DNA of 64,000 bases from contig OY760175.1 in the NCBI GenBank assembly GCA_963663165.1, positions 3,648,001 to 3,712,000 on the forward strand, written 5' to 3'. Every line of letters begins with the position of its first letter. The stretch's first letter is position 1. The DNA is from an uncultured Desulfospira sp. Lineage in GTDB: Bacteria; Desulfobacterota; Desulfobacteria; Desulfobacterales; Desulfobacteraceae. Below, one piece after another: positions 32,101 to 39,015 of this stretch. Below the pieces are notes generated by a model, which was not told the DNA's origin, made no database searches, and worked only from the letters and a program-made list of their open reading frames with translations. Both the position numbers and the translations under genes were made by a program.

Positions 32101-33871
32101 CTATTGTCGGGGCTGCATTTCCCAGATAAATCCCCGCATTGGTTCCACAGCCTGCGTATTCAACGGTAAAATGCCTCAGGACCGTCTGATCATCCACGGT
32201 CTTGTCATGAAAACTGATCCCCTGCCAGTCTCCGGGGGCCGGGTTCTCACTGGCCGAGGTGAACAATACCGGGGCATCTGCCGTGCCATTGACCTTTAAT
32301 GTGCCCAAATCGTAGCCGTAACCGATCTGCAGCCGAATATTGTCTTTAAATTTTACAATTGATCCCGCCTCTATGGTTAAAACGGCCGGGGTGCTGCTGT
32401 TTTTGCAGACAGTCACGTTTCCGGCCACCACATAGGGCAGGCCGTCATTGGCATGCCAGGTGGATTTCCAGTTGACCGTCCCGGCATCTATCCGGATCCC
32501 GTTGGACCCTTCTCCCGCATTGCCCGTCATATTTTCCAGGTTCACACCCGGGTGAAACCGCAGGCCGTATTCATCATTGCCGATAAAGGTGTTGTCCCGG
32601 ATTACCGGGGAGGCATTATCCTGAAAATAGATCCCGGACCCGGCATTGGCCGTGAAGGTTGAATTTTCAATCACGGCGCTGCTGGTGCTGCCGTAGCCGG
32701 ACAGTCCAAAACCGCGGTTCATCTGAAACAGACCATTTTTCAGTGTCGGGGCCGCGTTTTCCAGGTAAATACCCGCCTTTGTTTCAAAACCGGCGTATTC
32801 AACGGTGAAGTGGCTCAGGACCGTATCCGCATCTACCGTCTTGTTCTGGAAATAAATCCCCCGCCAGTCTCCGGGGGCTGGGGTGTCACCGGCCGAGGTG
32901 AACAACACCGGCGCTGCTGCCGTGCCATTGACCTTTAATGTACCCAAATCGTAACCGTAACCGATCTGAAGCCGGGTATTGCCTTCAAATTTTACAATTG
33001 ATCCGGCCTCTATGGTTAACACGGCCGGGGTGCTGCTGTCTTTGCAGACCGTCACGTTTCCGGTCACCACATAGGGCAGGCCGTCATTGGCATGCCAGGT
33101 GGATTTCCAGTTGACCGTTCCGGCATCTATCCGGATCCCGTTGGACCCTTCTCCCGCATTGCCCGTCATATTTTCCAGGTTCACACCCGGGTGAAACCGC
33201 AGGCCGTATTCATCATTGCCGATAAAGGTGTTGTCCCGGATTACCGGGGAGGAATTATCCTGAAAATAGATCCCGGACCCGGCATTATTCGTGAAGGTTG
33301 AATTTTCAATCACGGCGCTGCTGTTGCTGCCGTAGCCGTACAACCCAACGCCGCTGTTCTCCTGAAACAGACCATTGTTCAGTGTCGGGGCGGCATTTTC
33401 CAGGTAAATACCGGCATTTGTCCCGGAACCTGCGTATTCAACGGTGAAATGGTTCAGGACCGTCTTGGCATCTACGGTCTTGTCCTGGAAATAGACCCCC
33501 CCCCAGTCACCGGGGGCCGGGCTCTCACCGGCCGAAGTGAACAATACCGGGGCGTCTGCCGTGCCGTTGACTATCAGTATTCCCAAATTGTAACCGTGGC
33601 CGATCTGCAGGCGGACATTGCTGTTGAATTTTACGGTTACACCGGCCTCTATGGTCAGGGTCGCCGCATTGGAACTGTCTTTGTAAACATATACATTACC
33701 GGTGACAACATAGGGACTGTTGGCCGCGGTCCAGGTAGTGTCTCCGGCGATGTTCCCGGAAACCAGGGTGTCGGCGGCCAGGAACCCTGCCGATGCGATC
33801 AAAATCGTGGAAATCAGCCAAATTTTTATAAACAGCTCATAGATCCTGCGCGGTCCGTATTGGTCGGTCAT
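20177..33871 (-). CDS. Giant 4564-aa secreted RHS/YD-repeat protein with parallel beta-helix repeats, CARDB and FN3/Ig domains
   Basis: Hydrophobic signal peptide; 213-aa repeats; CARDB (PDLTVS..ESDELNN); FN3 (YxxxAVD.AGNES); YD repeats; RHS core RFPGQYYDAETGLHYNWNRYYDP..NNPMTLVDPEG. Confidence 0.92.
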   Translation of the reverse strand: MTDQYGPRRIYELFIKIWLISTILIASAGFLAADTLVSGNIAGDTTWTAANSPYVVTGNVYVYKDSSNAATLTIEAGVTVKFNSNVRLQIGHGYNLGILIVNGTADAPVLFTSAGESPAPGDWGGVYFQDKTVDAKTVLNHFTVEYAGSGTNAGIYLENAAPTLNNGLFQENSGVGLYGYGSNSSAVIENSTFTNNAGSGIYFQDNSSPVIRDNTFIGNDEYGLRFHPGVNLENMTGNAGEGSNGIRIDAGTVNWKSTWHANDGLPYVVTGNVTVCKDSSTPAVLTIEAGSIVKFEGNTRLQIGYGYDLGTLKVNGTAAAPVLFTSAGDTPAPGDWRGIYFQNKTVDADTVLSHFTVEYAGFETKAGIYLENAAPTLKNGLFQMNRGFGLSGYGSTSSAVIENSTFTANAGSGIYFQDNASPVIRDNTFIGNDEYGLRFHPGVNLENMTGNAGEGSNGIRIDAGTVNWKSTWHANDGLPYVVAGNVTVCKNSSTPAVLTIEAGSIVKFKDNIRLQIGYGYDLGTLKVNGTADAPVLFTSASENPAPGDWQGISFHDKTVDDQTVLRHFTVEYAGCGTNAGIYLGNAAPTIENARFQENLGFGLAGQGSTSSAVIENSTFTANAGSGIYFQDNASPVIRDNTFIGNDEYGLQFHPGVNLENMTGNAGVTSNGIRIDGGTVNWKSTWHANDGLPYVVAGNVTVCKNSSTPAVLTIEAGSIVKFKDNIRLQIGYGYDLGTLKVNGTADAPVLFTSASENPAPGDWQGISFHDKTVDDQTVLRHFTVEYAGCGTNAGIYLGNAAPTIENARFQENLGFGLSGQGSGSSAVIKNSTFTANAGSGIYFKGNASPVIQDNTFTQNDEYGLRFYPDVNLEHMTGNAGVASRGIRMDAGTLNWKSTWHANEGLPYVVNGDLYVFKDSSTPAILTVEAGSIVKFEGYSWLKIGYGYDLGTLKVNGTADAPVLFTSASEAPAPGDWRGINFQDLTVDADTMLDHCVVEFAGQDVNGAILCGNASPTIVNTTVRASSAAGIYLSGTGCNNAVLHCNNLTENQTGIRLENSAAPYIEQNNFVGNSQFGIYNNTLAVTAANNWWNDVQGPGYAGDAVYGEVETAPWLIEPSDCVTLPPPNTAPFAPVSPVPADQGTQVALTDGTLALSWQCSDPNPWDVLTYDLYFGTGPDSLVLLAQDLSSPGYTVSDLALGTWYYWQVVAKDAAGEATASKVFRFLTQGPPPDLTVSAISWEPAQDIQSGTPLVFTAKIENTGEGPLAVPVNIAFLIDENPVRTSRLNQVMMPGDLLDVTWTWKSTPGYHTITVNADSSGEVEESDELNNALSQALPLIADTTPPEDATGLAVQCFNDRLLFSWTHSANTYGDLSGYRVYIDGQTEGTDIPASQAGYELTGLAPATRVWFRITALDFSGNESAGVQLSGITWLPNPVNLISDPHSGYVNLTWDGAEPSELVKQYRIYISDSDFSDVTGLSPAVTATGLSAGIAGLTNNTTYYMAVTTVNLSGGENTGVATICAVPVPDTQGPSITDTQWDSDTFQENMTLGKTGWITLTGSDPAGISQVSFLVDGNLVYTDNNGSTTYSCRLSLEDFSDGAHILTITAMDSLGNVSSKDIAFTIDLDLPDPPVLVSPEACVTGVPVITATGTAPAGSILVIFVNGQESAQTDVGDDGNFSVKVGLTEGLNRIQACARNRKGDSALTTAVSVTLDTAIPMPPTHLSATAGQAGVIRLSWQSPEDTGVKGYNIYRSNADFSLPADAVAVNSSLALSCLFNDLPPEDGTWIYRIAAVDTAGNESLLSEKAQAVSDRVMPFVEQVEFVHSGFYDAVSQRMGTGVVNVVLTLSEPLLTTPFFSLTPTGGNPIIISLTKTDDTQYEGGFSIDTATPSGQAWAIFSGRDLVGNRGTEIQSGKSVLIDTQGPVLTRIAVDPPAPVQNDPDEPASLTVTLGLDEAVKSGTVPALSYLLSGADRAETGCGALTEIPAESGDAQTFQVMFDLPADAGLEAAEFMVFTFSAMDDLDNESRRITGENRFEIFQGDLPPLSAPDDFTAQSLAGGKIRLSWTEIEESAGYQIYRKAPGEEALTLFARTLDTDTFTDDPVANAEPEGLYTYALASIRQIGELESLSPLSDPVSALSDATAPDMPANFTLELTGQGIRASWDGVEEGESLLYTLYRDAQPVTSVLGMTALIQGIAALEVLDPSPIHTAPHYGITAVDEAQNESEPATAYLNAALLPVSGMAVVQEDEKFPVISWTHGNAGVSGFDIYSGPDPTGTQLNDALITQFSYEDTGYTSDSIQYAVVAVDEVNSAVSLARSLWLPETGIDLLNKADITDFQDRLDEILVYVPDLETRIAGLSPIRRGLMNRLEFLVGNFSETPLDPVQVMVDIGGNSHISDPFALEAGEYRVVPVVMGGYAQLEDLEAMAVTIDISPTTSDQVRIIQNREVQVRDGMLIAGILNEEFTRGGTGEVRFTLENTGQESIEIMTAKSGGSSDEIRFRLLDEDGNVSSTAAFVQKTGLAVTTLPNGDTVAKIDPGDIFTSDAVQIQVPAAISDTAQVELAIDRIHYGTGSDSEVSMSGLTQIRELTLVDTSYYGQVLSISPEVSFGDEEILISGRAVDRATGLPKPDASLNLVIKVNGFERTFRVLTGEDGSFAYSFVPLEKESGLYQVFAVHPDLTDRSPQGEFTIHSLAVSPLNFNIRISRNYTATGTVTLLTGGGTSLTNVKLLYQAQDQPSGELATGLHLDPGDGLSSLCPGTTKALDFTLWADNTADSQIQAVLKVVSDESGDDGWQTIDLNINLSQASPVLTVSPGVIETGVAQEETRVESLMLKNTGLEILKNPSLSLVLEDGTPAPEWVRLNTPAAYDQIEVGQEKQVDISFAPTSSVTQGYYTFYLRIQSDNYAQTDVGLLAAVTNSGQGNILFKVSDIYTGTFDEANELRQGLENARIRLINDALPDIDQTLTTDDLGEALFQDLPAGSYQCRISADEHLEYTGRFWIRPGITASQDIFLDYQLVSVQWEVVPTTITDKYEIVLTTTFVTDVPAPVVVVEPASVYLPKMSAGDVYNGEFTLVNYGLIQADDLSFTLPQGNDVFQYELLSALPEAIAPNGRVTVPFRVTCLSAPDGSEDTGAGGCRVLNQCTEITYGWECANGTESLSGALHCIIYDNGECDAGSGGSTGFSSGFTVDTTYLSGGSGSGTGSSIPTPAQAPDDMEGILCEPEPNCRACDECCNSKTSQTVSSYVDLMRGKYLDYVNDMSVKVMGHTIDITRYYNEVKHYTVAAASLQAKAPASKGAAYAVDSYSKRNWHINSLGGKAQVVRTSGGTIRYLYIDGLRFEPVTDTLESDGTVTYSAPSSSPGTRAGCVAVDPDQTMVWKDERGNWAKFTGDRLDTFGNANDVTIHYVYDDEERLTGIKDHFGDQVIWYDYNSDGQVVRIRDYDGRQVSYEYNSQGKMAGVTDLLGRETRYEYDDLKRIIKKELPSGKTVLISYNANSYISSIKDAEGNGPEFEYTQNSDTTTSAMAYSSGIGTSRKRPKGKTEYYARVTTETGKITEKWFDVYGYLKKQMVNGEPVTEGAYDDRTRVVSDALGNVTTYAYDEWENLTSVTHPDGTSVTYEYDTLLSKVVKKTDERGMVTTYEYDEKGNLLNMVQAPGTDVARTIEYTHDAYGNILTHKVPGEDGTQDAVTTFGYDTKGNLNYIKDPEGNEISATGYDSLGNPETVTDGRGKTWQFEYDDQGRLTSRTDPAGHAQRFVYDDAGRTQSFFDEEDRQTLYEYDGSENLVRIQFPDHHEFNLVYDDGGNLVRMVDAEGKTNRLGYDDQGRLSQITNGDNINTVLNYGVPGLSQACPSCNVAGSNQIEKIDFPTFSRSFEYDSRGMIVKQTDLLSDALSHESSFAYDPAGNLIFREDRQGNPSTFEYDSLGRIKKVINANGEETAYLYDNRDNLIGLEDAKGQITRFEYDLNNRLKKEIRPMGQVTSYDYDGAGNLVEKIDAENQKTRFVYSDANNLVTVRYYSADDYSEPVKEILFDYDKSGKLTAYSDGSISGTYWYDAGGRKISQTVNYGSFSKSHAYTYDANGLKVSYTGPDQVTRTYQYDGANQLSGITIPGVGTISYNGFLWMTPTGATLPGGTRQTFTHDPLMRPLSIKVSDPGGNPVTDAAVTLDNMGNIIGQTSGTDSFSYTYDRAYQLLGVAKNGTVEEDFAYDLVGNRTHADGVTGEITVNANNELVSYGGISQAFDANGNLIRKTENGNTISYVYNVTGRLVQVWAGDINTGTLTAEYGYDPFGKRLWKEVEGVRTWFYYSDEGLAGEYDAAGNEIRTYDYKPGSGWTTDPVFMQQGGNIYFYHNNHLGTPLALTDIYGTVVWKATARAFGKTDVMVEQVVNNLRFPGQYYDAETGLHYNWNRYYDPETGRYTRVDPLGFEGGSVMFYGYASNNPMTLVDPEGEFFIMGSMVLGAAIGALMGGQHGILPGIAGAVIGAVPVVGIVLGPMAAKAYEQHLKGKDPTSDACVIETMVEGTVGWTQVPGAGDLIIAGAKSINNGGKMLKKHSKNWQEAYDGI
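30870..33730 (-). repeat. Intragenic tandem repeat, 639-bp (213-aa) unit, ~4.5 copies
   Basis: Landmark CATAGGG at 31153, 31792, 32431, 33070 and 33709; antisense shadow ORFs also recur every 639 bp. Confidence 0.92.
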
Positions 33872-33940
33872 GTCTGGTTAGCTCCCGTTGCTTTCATTTG
33901 CCCGGTTCCCGGAAGGGGCTTTTGTTGTTGTTTTGAGTTT

Positions 33941-34831
33941 TCAAATCATCTTGACCTTTAAACCTGGCGGATAAATTTCAAACCGGGGATGATCATCAGA
34001 ATTTCCCGCAATTATCCTGAACGTGACATAATGGTTCGTACTTTCTAAAAACACCTTGTTGGCGGGATCCGCAGTCTGCCAGGTTCCGTTAAGGTAAACT
34101 TCCGCCCAGTTGTGATATCCGGCCGGTTTGAGCAATGCATTGTTTTGGATGATATATCCGGCCATGCACCGGGCAGGAATCCCATCCGCCCGGCACAGGG
34201 CCGAGAACAGATACATAAATTCCGTACAGTCACCCTTCTTTTGATCCAGCGCATAGAGTGCGCCCTGTTCTTTGCCGTCATATCCATCGTACCTGAGGCT
34301 GCTGCTTACCCATTCATAGATTCTTTTGGCTGTCCCGGACCTGTTGTCTGCGACAAACTCTGCCGCCTTTCTTTGAATCCGGTCATTATCGGATTCAAGA
34401 TATTTTTGGGCAGATAAAAATGGTGCGGGATCGGGAAGGCGGCATGAATTGGGGATTTCGGCCAGCTTCATATGGACCGTAACCGTGATGATCCGGGTAT
34501 CGTAAGGGGCGATCACCCCAAGGGGGAACTCAAGGACCTGGTTGTGAAGGGAATCTTCTACAGAAACAAATTCATGGGATGATTCTATCAGGGTACAGCT
34601 TTGGGACGGGGTCCTTTTTACCGGGGCATGGGCCTTGAGGAGCGCACCGGTAACCACGGTCCCTCTTGGATTTTCAATGGAAAACCGGTACTGAATCTGC
34701 CTTGAGACAGGATAAACCGCCGTCCCTTCTCTATGGGAAACAGCGGCCGGGCCGCGGCTGAAATAAAAGAAAGCGGCACCCGCTACAACCATACCACATA
34801 TGATAAAGACAAGAACACGTTTAAGGTCCAT
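33941..34831 (-). CDS. Membrane-anchored transglutaminase-like domain protein
   Basis: N-terminal TM; catalytic triad motifs GDCTEF (Cys), YHNWAEV (His), WQTADP (Asp). Confidence 0.88.
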   Translation of the reverse strand: MDLKRVLVFIICGMVVAGAAFFYFSRGPAAVSHREGTAVYPVSRQIQYRFSIENPRGTVVTGALLKAHAPVKRTPSQSCTLIESSHEFVSVEDSLHNQVLEFPLGVIAPYDTRIITVTVHMKLAEIPNSCRLPDPAPFLSAQKYLESDNDRIQRKAAEFVADNRSGTAKRIYEWVSSSLRYDGYDGKEQGALYALDQKKGDCTEFMYLFSALCRADGIPARCMAGYIIQNNALLKPAGYHNWAEVYLNGTWQTADPANKVFLESTNHYVTFRIIAGNSDDHPRFEIYPPGLKVKMI

Positions 34832-35182
34832 AAACCGCTCAGTTCATCGCTCCGGCAGAGGCATCAGGGCACAATGGATCCGCTCCGGTCAAATTCAGCC
34901 GATTATGTTTAATTCACAAATGCTTTCGATTATTATGCATTTTTCAGACCGTTTTAAACGAACCAACAAATTTTATTAAAAAAATATTAAAACATATTGA
35001 ATTTCAAAACAATTATCATCTCTACGGCACATCCGGCTTTCAGGACAAAACGCATTCTTGATTCTGAATTGTGAAAAAAAATTTACAAATTAGGTAAAAC
35101 TTTTCACAAAATACAGAACCCGGGAGCCACGAAACGGCATATACGGTATTGCCGGCAAGGGCAACATTAATCAGGACCCCTG

Positions 35183-35386
35183 TTGGCGGTCCAGACGGTT
35201 CGAAAAATATCCAGCGGAAACAGCGATGATGATTTCCCTTTGCAGGCGTCTTCCCCATACATCGATGCCGGGGACAACAACGCTGTGCCGCTGGATGAAA
35301 ACGACATAGACGATAATGGCGATACGGATGAGCCCGTCCCCTTTGACCTGAGTGGCGGTGTCCGGTTCTTAAAGGAAATTGAAAAT
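35183..35386 (+). pseudogene. Remnant of a secreted protein C-terminus (choice-of-anchor Q-like)
   Basis: DFPLQASSPYIDAGDNNAVP..DTDEPVPFDLSGGVRF; no N-terminal part; ends at the MITE insertion. Confidence 0.6.
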
Positions 35387-35776
35387 GTAACTGTTCAGCA
35401 GTGCCCCACCTTCGCTCATTCAGGCCTTCTCACATAGCAACAGTATGCTACGAAGCCCTGACTAACGGCCACGGGCCGATTGGATTGTTAATCCGATTCG
35501 GCCCACAACAAATAATGAAACTGAAGATACCGGCAACGGCAGGCTATAAATTGGGCGCCGCAGGTGCTTCGCCCTCTTGTCTCTTGTTTCTTGTCTCCAG
35601 TTTCTTATAAACAGCCACGGGCTGATTTGGTTATCCAACCAAGATCCGCCCACAACAAATATTGAAAGTCTTTACGGGTAGTTAGTCAGACTTTCATATA
35701 AAAACAAATATGAAGCACTGATGAACAGTTACGGACCCTGGTTTTGCTTAGTTTTCAGCATTAGCTGAAGAGTTAC
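35387..35776 (+). mobile_element. MITE type A, complete (390 bp) with 8-bp TSD
   Basis: TIRs GTAACTGTTCAGC / GCTGAAGAGTTAC; direct repeat TTGAAAAT at 35379-35386 and 35777-35784; no transposase. Confidence 0.88.
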
Positions 35777-35784
35777 TTGAAAAT

Positions 35785-36336
35785 TTAGTATTTCCCCTGG
35801 CTGAATGTTACCGTGGCTTTTTCCCCGTTTTCCAATTCAAAGGTAATGTCCGTGAAATACATATGGCCGCCGCCGGCGAAACAAGAGGAGGGCGCCAGAT
35901 AAGCCCCCCGGGAAAAGCTTTTAGCGGTATGCGTGCAGATGACTTTCACACCTTCAGGCAGATCCATGGTTTCACTTGGTATTTCCGGTGAAATGAAAAC
36001 TTCCTTTTCAGGATCAAACAGATATTTCCATTTGCCGTGATGCCCTGAAGGCCAGTCTACATCATAGGCTGACATTTTAATACCGACCACTTTGCTTTGA
36101 AAATGCCTGCCCAATCCGGCAAGATCAAAGGTAAATGAGGGGAAATGCGGATCTTTCCCCCCGCATTTTTTGCCCTGCTCCCCGTCAGGCACTTTTTTGC
36201 CGTCCCACCGGGCATCATTGACCTTCACAAGCGGACCTGCACTGTTCAAATCTGCCATTTCCACCTTTTTGGCCGATACGCATCCCATCGTAAAAACAAC
36301 CAGACAGGCAATGGCCGCAAATGTCATTTTTTTCAT
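35785..36336 (-). CDS. Predicted lipoprotein, function unknown
   Basis: Lipobox FTMG-C; AGGAGG RBS; weak resemblance to PEBP/YbhB-like motifs (GAYLAP..C..GHMY). Confidence 0.7.
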   Translation of the reverse strand: MKKMTFAAIACLVVFTMGCVSAKKVEMADLNSAGPLVKVNDARWDGKKVPDGEQGKKCGGKDPHFPSFTFDLAGLGRHFQSKVVGIKMSAYDVDWPSGHHGKWKYLFDPEKEVFISPEIPSETMDLPEGVKVICTHTAKSFSRGAYLAPSSCFAGGGHMYFTDITFELENGEKATVTFSQGKY

Positions 36337-36544
36337 GATTCAATGCCTCCTTTTCATCAGATTAAAAATTTCATACCAGCAATTCCCGGCGAAAGACAAC
36401 ACGCTAATTTTTTACAGATATTACCCTGAAACACACTTTTATTTCAACGGCTCCCGTTGAATTTAAGCAGAATTTCCTATGAATACTTAATTTTATAAAT
36501 TCGTGTTAGATTACTGCATTCAAGCCGGGCTGACAACCGGACGA

Positions 36545-37261
36545 TTACCCCCAGGGCCGTTTCAGAATAGACCAGGCATAGCCCACAAGGGTGGTGATAT
36601 CAAACACGGGCAGGCCGCCGGCGGCACGTCTGACCGCATTGGCATAGGGGGGAAGGTTGGTACATTCCAGGACAATGGCCCCCACATCGGGATGGTCCTG
36701 CATCAGCCTGGCGGTCACCGCCGCCACTTCTTTTTTGCATTGCGCCTGGTCCAGGTGTTGTTTTCCATGGATAAATACTGAGCTAAATTCTCTGGAATCG
36801 TCCATACCGGCAATGGCCAGGGGATAATGTTCAATGCCCACGGCCGCCAGGTGATGGGCTGTCAGACTGGCTTTACGGGCCGTGATAATTCCCACCTTGC
36901 GGTCTTTGCCAATCACCGACGCGGCCATGGGAACCTGGAGCAGGCTTGATGAGAACACCGGCACATCAAGGGAGTGGGAAAGTTCTCTTTGGAACAGGGC
37001 CAGAAAGCCGCAGGAGGTTGAAATGGCCCCGGCCCCTTCCCTGACCAGTTCCTGGCCGGCCCGGATAAACGGCTTGATCAGGGTCCGGTCCGGGTTGAGA
37101 ACAATACGGTCCACACCGGCGCCCGCCACGGTTTTGTACCGAACCGGGAACCCAAAGGTGTCCGGGTTGCCCACGTCCCCGGGAATCCGGGGAAACACCG
37201 TGTCCAGCATGATAATCCCGACAAACGGTGAACCAGGGAGGGGGGCATCATTTTTCACCAT
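36545..37261 (-). CDS. Asp/Glu/hydantoin racemase family protein
   Basis: FPRIPGDVGN; two-Cys motifs STSCGF and LECTNLP. Confidence 0.85.
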   Translation of the reverse strand: MVKNDAPLPGSPFVGIIMLDTVFPRIPGDVGNPDTFGFPVRYKTVAGAGVDRIVLNPDRTLIKPFIRAGQELVREGAGAISTSCGFLALFQRELSHSLDVPVFSSSLLQVPMAASVIGKDRKVGIITARKASLTAHHLAAVGIEHYPLAIAGMDDSREFSSVFIHGKQHLDQAQCKKEVAAVTARLMQDHPDVGAIVLECTNLPPYANAVRRAAGGLPVFDITTLVGYAWSILKRPWG

Positions 37262-37264
37262 GTT

Positions 37265-38704
37265 CTACCCCCTGCCGTCACTTGCCTCAGGTTCCAGAAA
37301 AGCCGCTACACTCAAATTCTTCACCGGAATACGGCAACGGGCCATTCCTATATCTGCCGGCGCACGGCCGGTCAACGCGCAGACAATATCCTGAATGATC
37401 CGGCCGCAGGTTCTGCCCTGGCAGGCCCCCATACCGGCCCGGGTAAGCTTTTTAATGCCGTCCGGGGTGTTAAAGCCCTGGGCCACGGCCCGGCGGATCT
37501 CTCCCATGGAGATGTTTTCACAACGGCAGATCAGGACATCGTCCTCAATTTGTGTCCAGGCGGTTTCCGGCACCCGGCACAGCCGGTTGAAAAATACGGC
37601 ATACTCCCGTTGTGCCCGGATACCAGCCTGTAGCTGTTCTATCCTTTGTGTAAAGCCCTTGATCTTTAGTTTTGAGCCGGAAAGCCGCTGGAGAACCGCC
37701 AGGGCTGAAAGTTCCCCTTCAAGCAGAGATTTTTTGGCCCCGGCAATGCCGGTCAACTCCCCGGCAGCAAACACCGTGGCAAGGGAGGACTCGCACCGGT
37801 CGTCAACATCGACCTTCCAGCCGCCCTGTCCGGCATCATAGCAGATCCGGCAGCCGGCCTGGGCGGCCAGTTCCAGGTTGGGAACAAAGCCGTACCCGCA
37901 GGCCATGGCATCGGCAGCCACGGTTTTCGCTGTGCCCGGAATCACCCGGCCCGCCCGGTCGGTCCTGGCAATCACCGCGGTATCAACCCCCGTGCCGCCC
38001 CGGGCCTCTATTACCCGCCATCCCCGGTAAACCGGGACACCATGGCGAATCAGGCTGGCCAGATAGGCCCCGCCTTCAACCAGTTTGGGCCAATGTTTAA
38101 ACGCCAGGGGAAAAAATGCGGCCTGGTCTGCCAGCCGGTTTTCATCGGCCAGGCCGGCCACCTGTCCGCCATTTTTGAGAAGTCCCCAGGACAGGGCCAT
38201 CATCAAAGGGCTGGTTCCGGCAACAACGGTTCTGGCGCCGGGCAGCACACCATGGCTTTTCATGAGGATCTGGGCCGCCCCCAGGGACATGACACCGGGC
38301 AGGGTCCAGCCCCTGAAGGGCAGAAAGGTCTCCCGGGCACCGGTGGCCAGGATCAGGGCCTGGGCCCGGACTTCGGCCAGATGGGAAATCCCCGGACGGT
38401 CCGGGTCCGTTACATTGAGCAGGAGGCAGTTGTCCGGATAGATGCCCGCTACCTGGGTATGAAATGACCAGTCAATGTCCCGGTGACGGTCCAGGCTGTC
38501 CACCAAGCCAAACCCTGTTGATTTTAACAGGTCAGGTTCCCTTCCGGGTTTTTGCGCCGCGGGCATCCGCCGGAGCAGCTGCCCGCCCCGGTGCCTGTTT
38601 TCCTCGACCACAAGAATGGAAAGCCCCTGGCCGGCCAGGGTCCGGGCCGCAGAAAGGCCGGCCAGGCCGGCCCCCGCAATCACCACATGGTATGCCGGTT
38701 TCAT
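37265..38704 (-). CDS. FAD/NAD(P)-binding oxidoreductase with BFD-like [2Fe-2S] domain (HcnB/OoxA-like)
   Basis: GAGLAG, LATGARE, ICRCE..GMGACQGRTC; start placed at MKPAYH (ATGA overlap with the upstream gene). Confidence 0.87.
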   Translation of the reverse strand: MKPAYHVVIAGAGLAGLSAARTLAGQGLSILVVEENRHRGGQLLRRMPAAQKPGREPDLLKSTGFGLVDSLDRHRDIDWSFHTQVAGIYPDNCLLLNVTDPDRPGISHLAEVRAQALILATGARETFLPFRGWTLPGVMSLGAAQILMKSHGVLPGARTVVAGTSPLMMALSWGLLKNGGQVAGLADENRLADQAAFFPLAFKHWPKLVEGGAYLASLIRHGVPVYRGWRVIEARGGTGVDTAVIARTDRAGRVIPGTAKTVAADAMACGYGFVPNLELAAQAGCRICYDAGQGGWKVDVDDRCESSLATVFAAGELTGIAGAKKSLLEGELSALAVLQRLSGSKLKIKGFTQRIEQLQAGIRAQREYAVFFNRLCRVPETAWTQIEDDVLICRCENISMGEIRRAVAQGFNTPDGIKKLTRAGMGACQGRTCGRIIQDIVCALTGRAPADIGMARCRIPVKNLSVAAFLEPEASDGRG

Positions 38705-39015
38705 GGGCGCGTCTCCTTTGGCCCTTTTGAAAATGAAACCGCCATACCGTCTTTGACACGGGTCATGCAGGCGCGCTGGTCCGGGACCCCGTCCACGGTG
38801 ACCAGGCACTCGTAGCAGACCCCCATGCCGCAAAAAATCCCCCGCCCGGGATTTTCGCCGTCCTGCCTGAATACCCGGATGCCTGCGGCGGTCAGGGCTG
38901 CATGGATGGTTTCGCCCTCAAAGGCATCCACGGGCTGTCCGTTAAACGTGATGGTGACCGGTTTTCCCCTGTGTACCCCCGGGATTCTCAAATCTGTTTT
39001 GCCCTGGTCTGTCAT
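38701..39015 (-). CDS. [2Fe-2S] subunit (HcnA/sarcosine-oxidase-alpha N-terminal-like)
   Basis: GETIHAAL; CGMGVCYECLV..RAC. Confidence 0.88.
   Translation of the reverse strand: MTDQGKTDLRIPGVHRGKPVTITFNGQPVDAFEGETIHAALTAAGIRVFRQDGENPGRGIFCGMGVCYECLVTVDGVPDQRACMTRVKDGMAVSFSKGPKETRP

Noticed and set aside
30870..33730. CRISPR array or other non-coding array
   Set aside because: The repeats are in-frame 639-bp coding units with no spacers; no cas genes or short repeat-spacer pattern were seen anywhere in the window
20177..33871. T6SS effector or Tc toxin C subunit
   Set aside because: It has a Sec-type signal peptide and adhesin modules, no PAAR/VgrG domain, and no T6SS or TcA/TcB genes nearby
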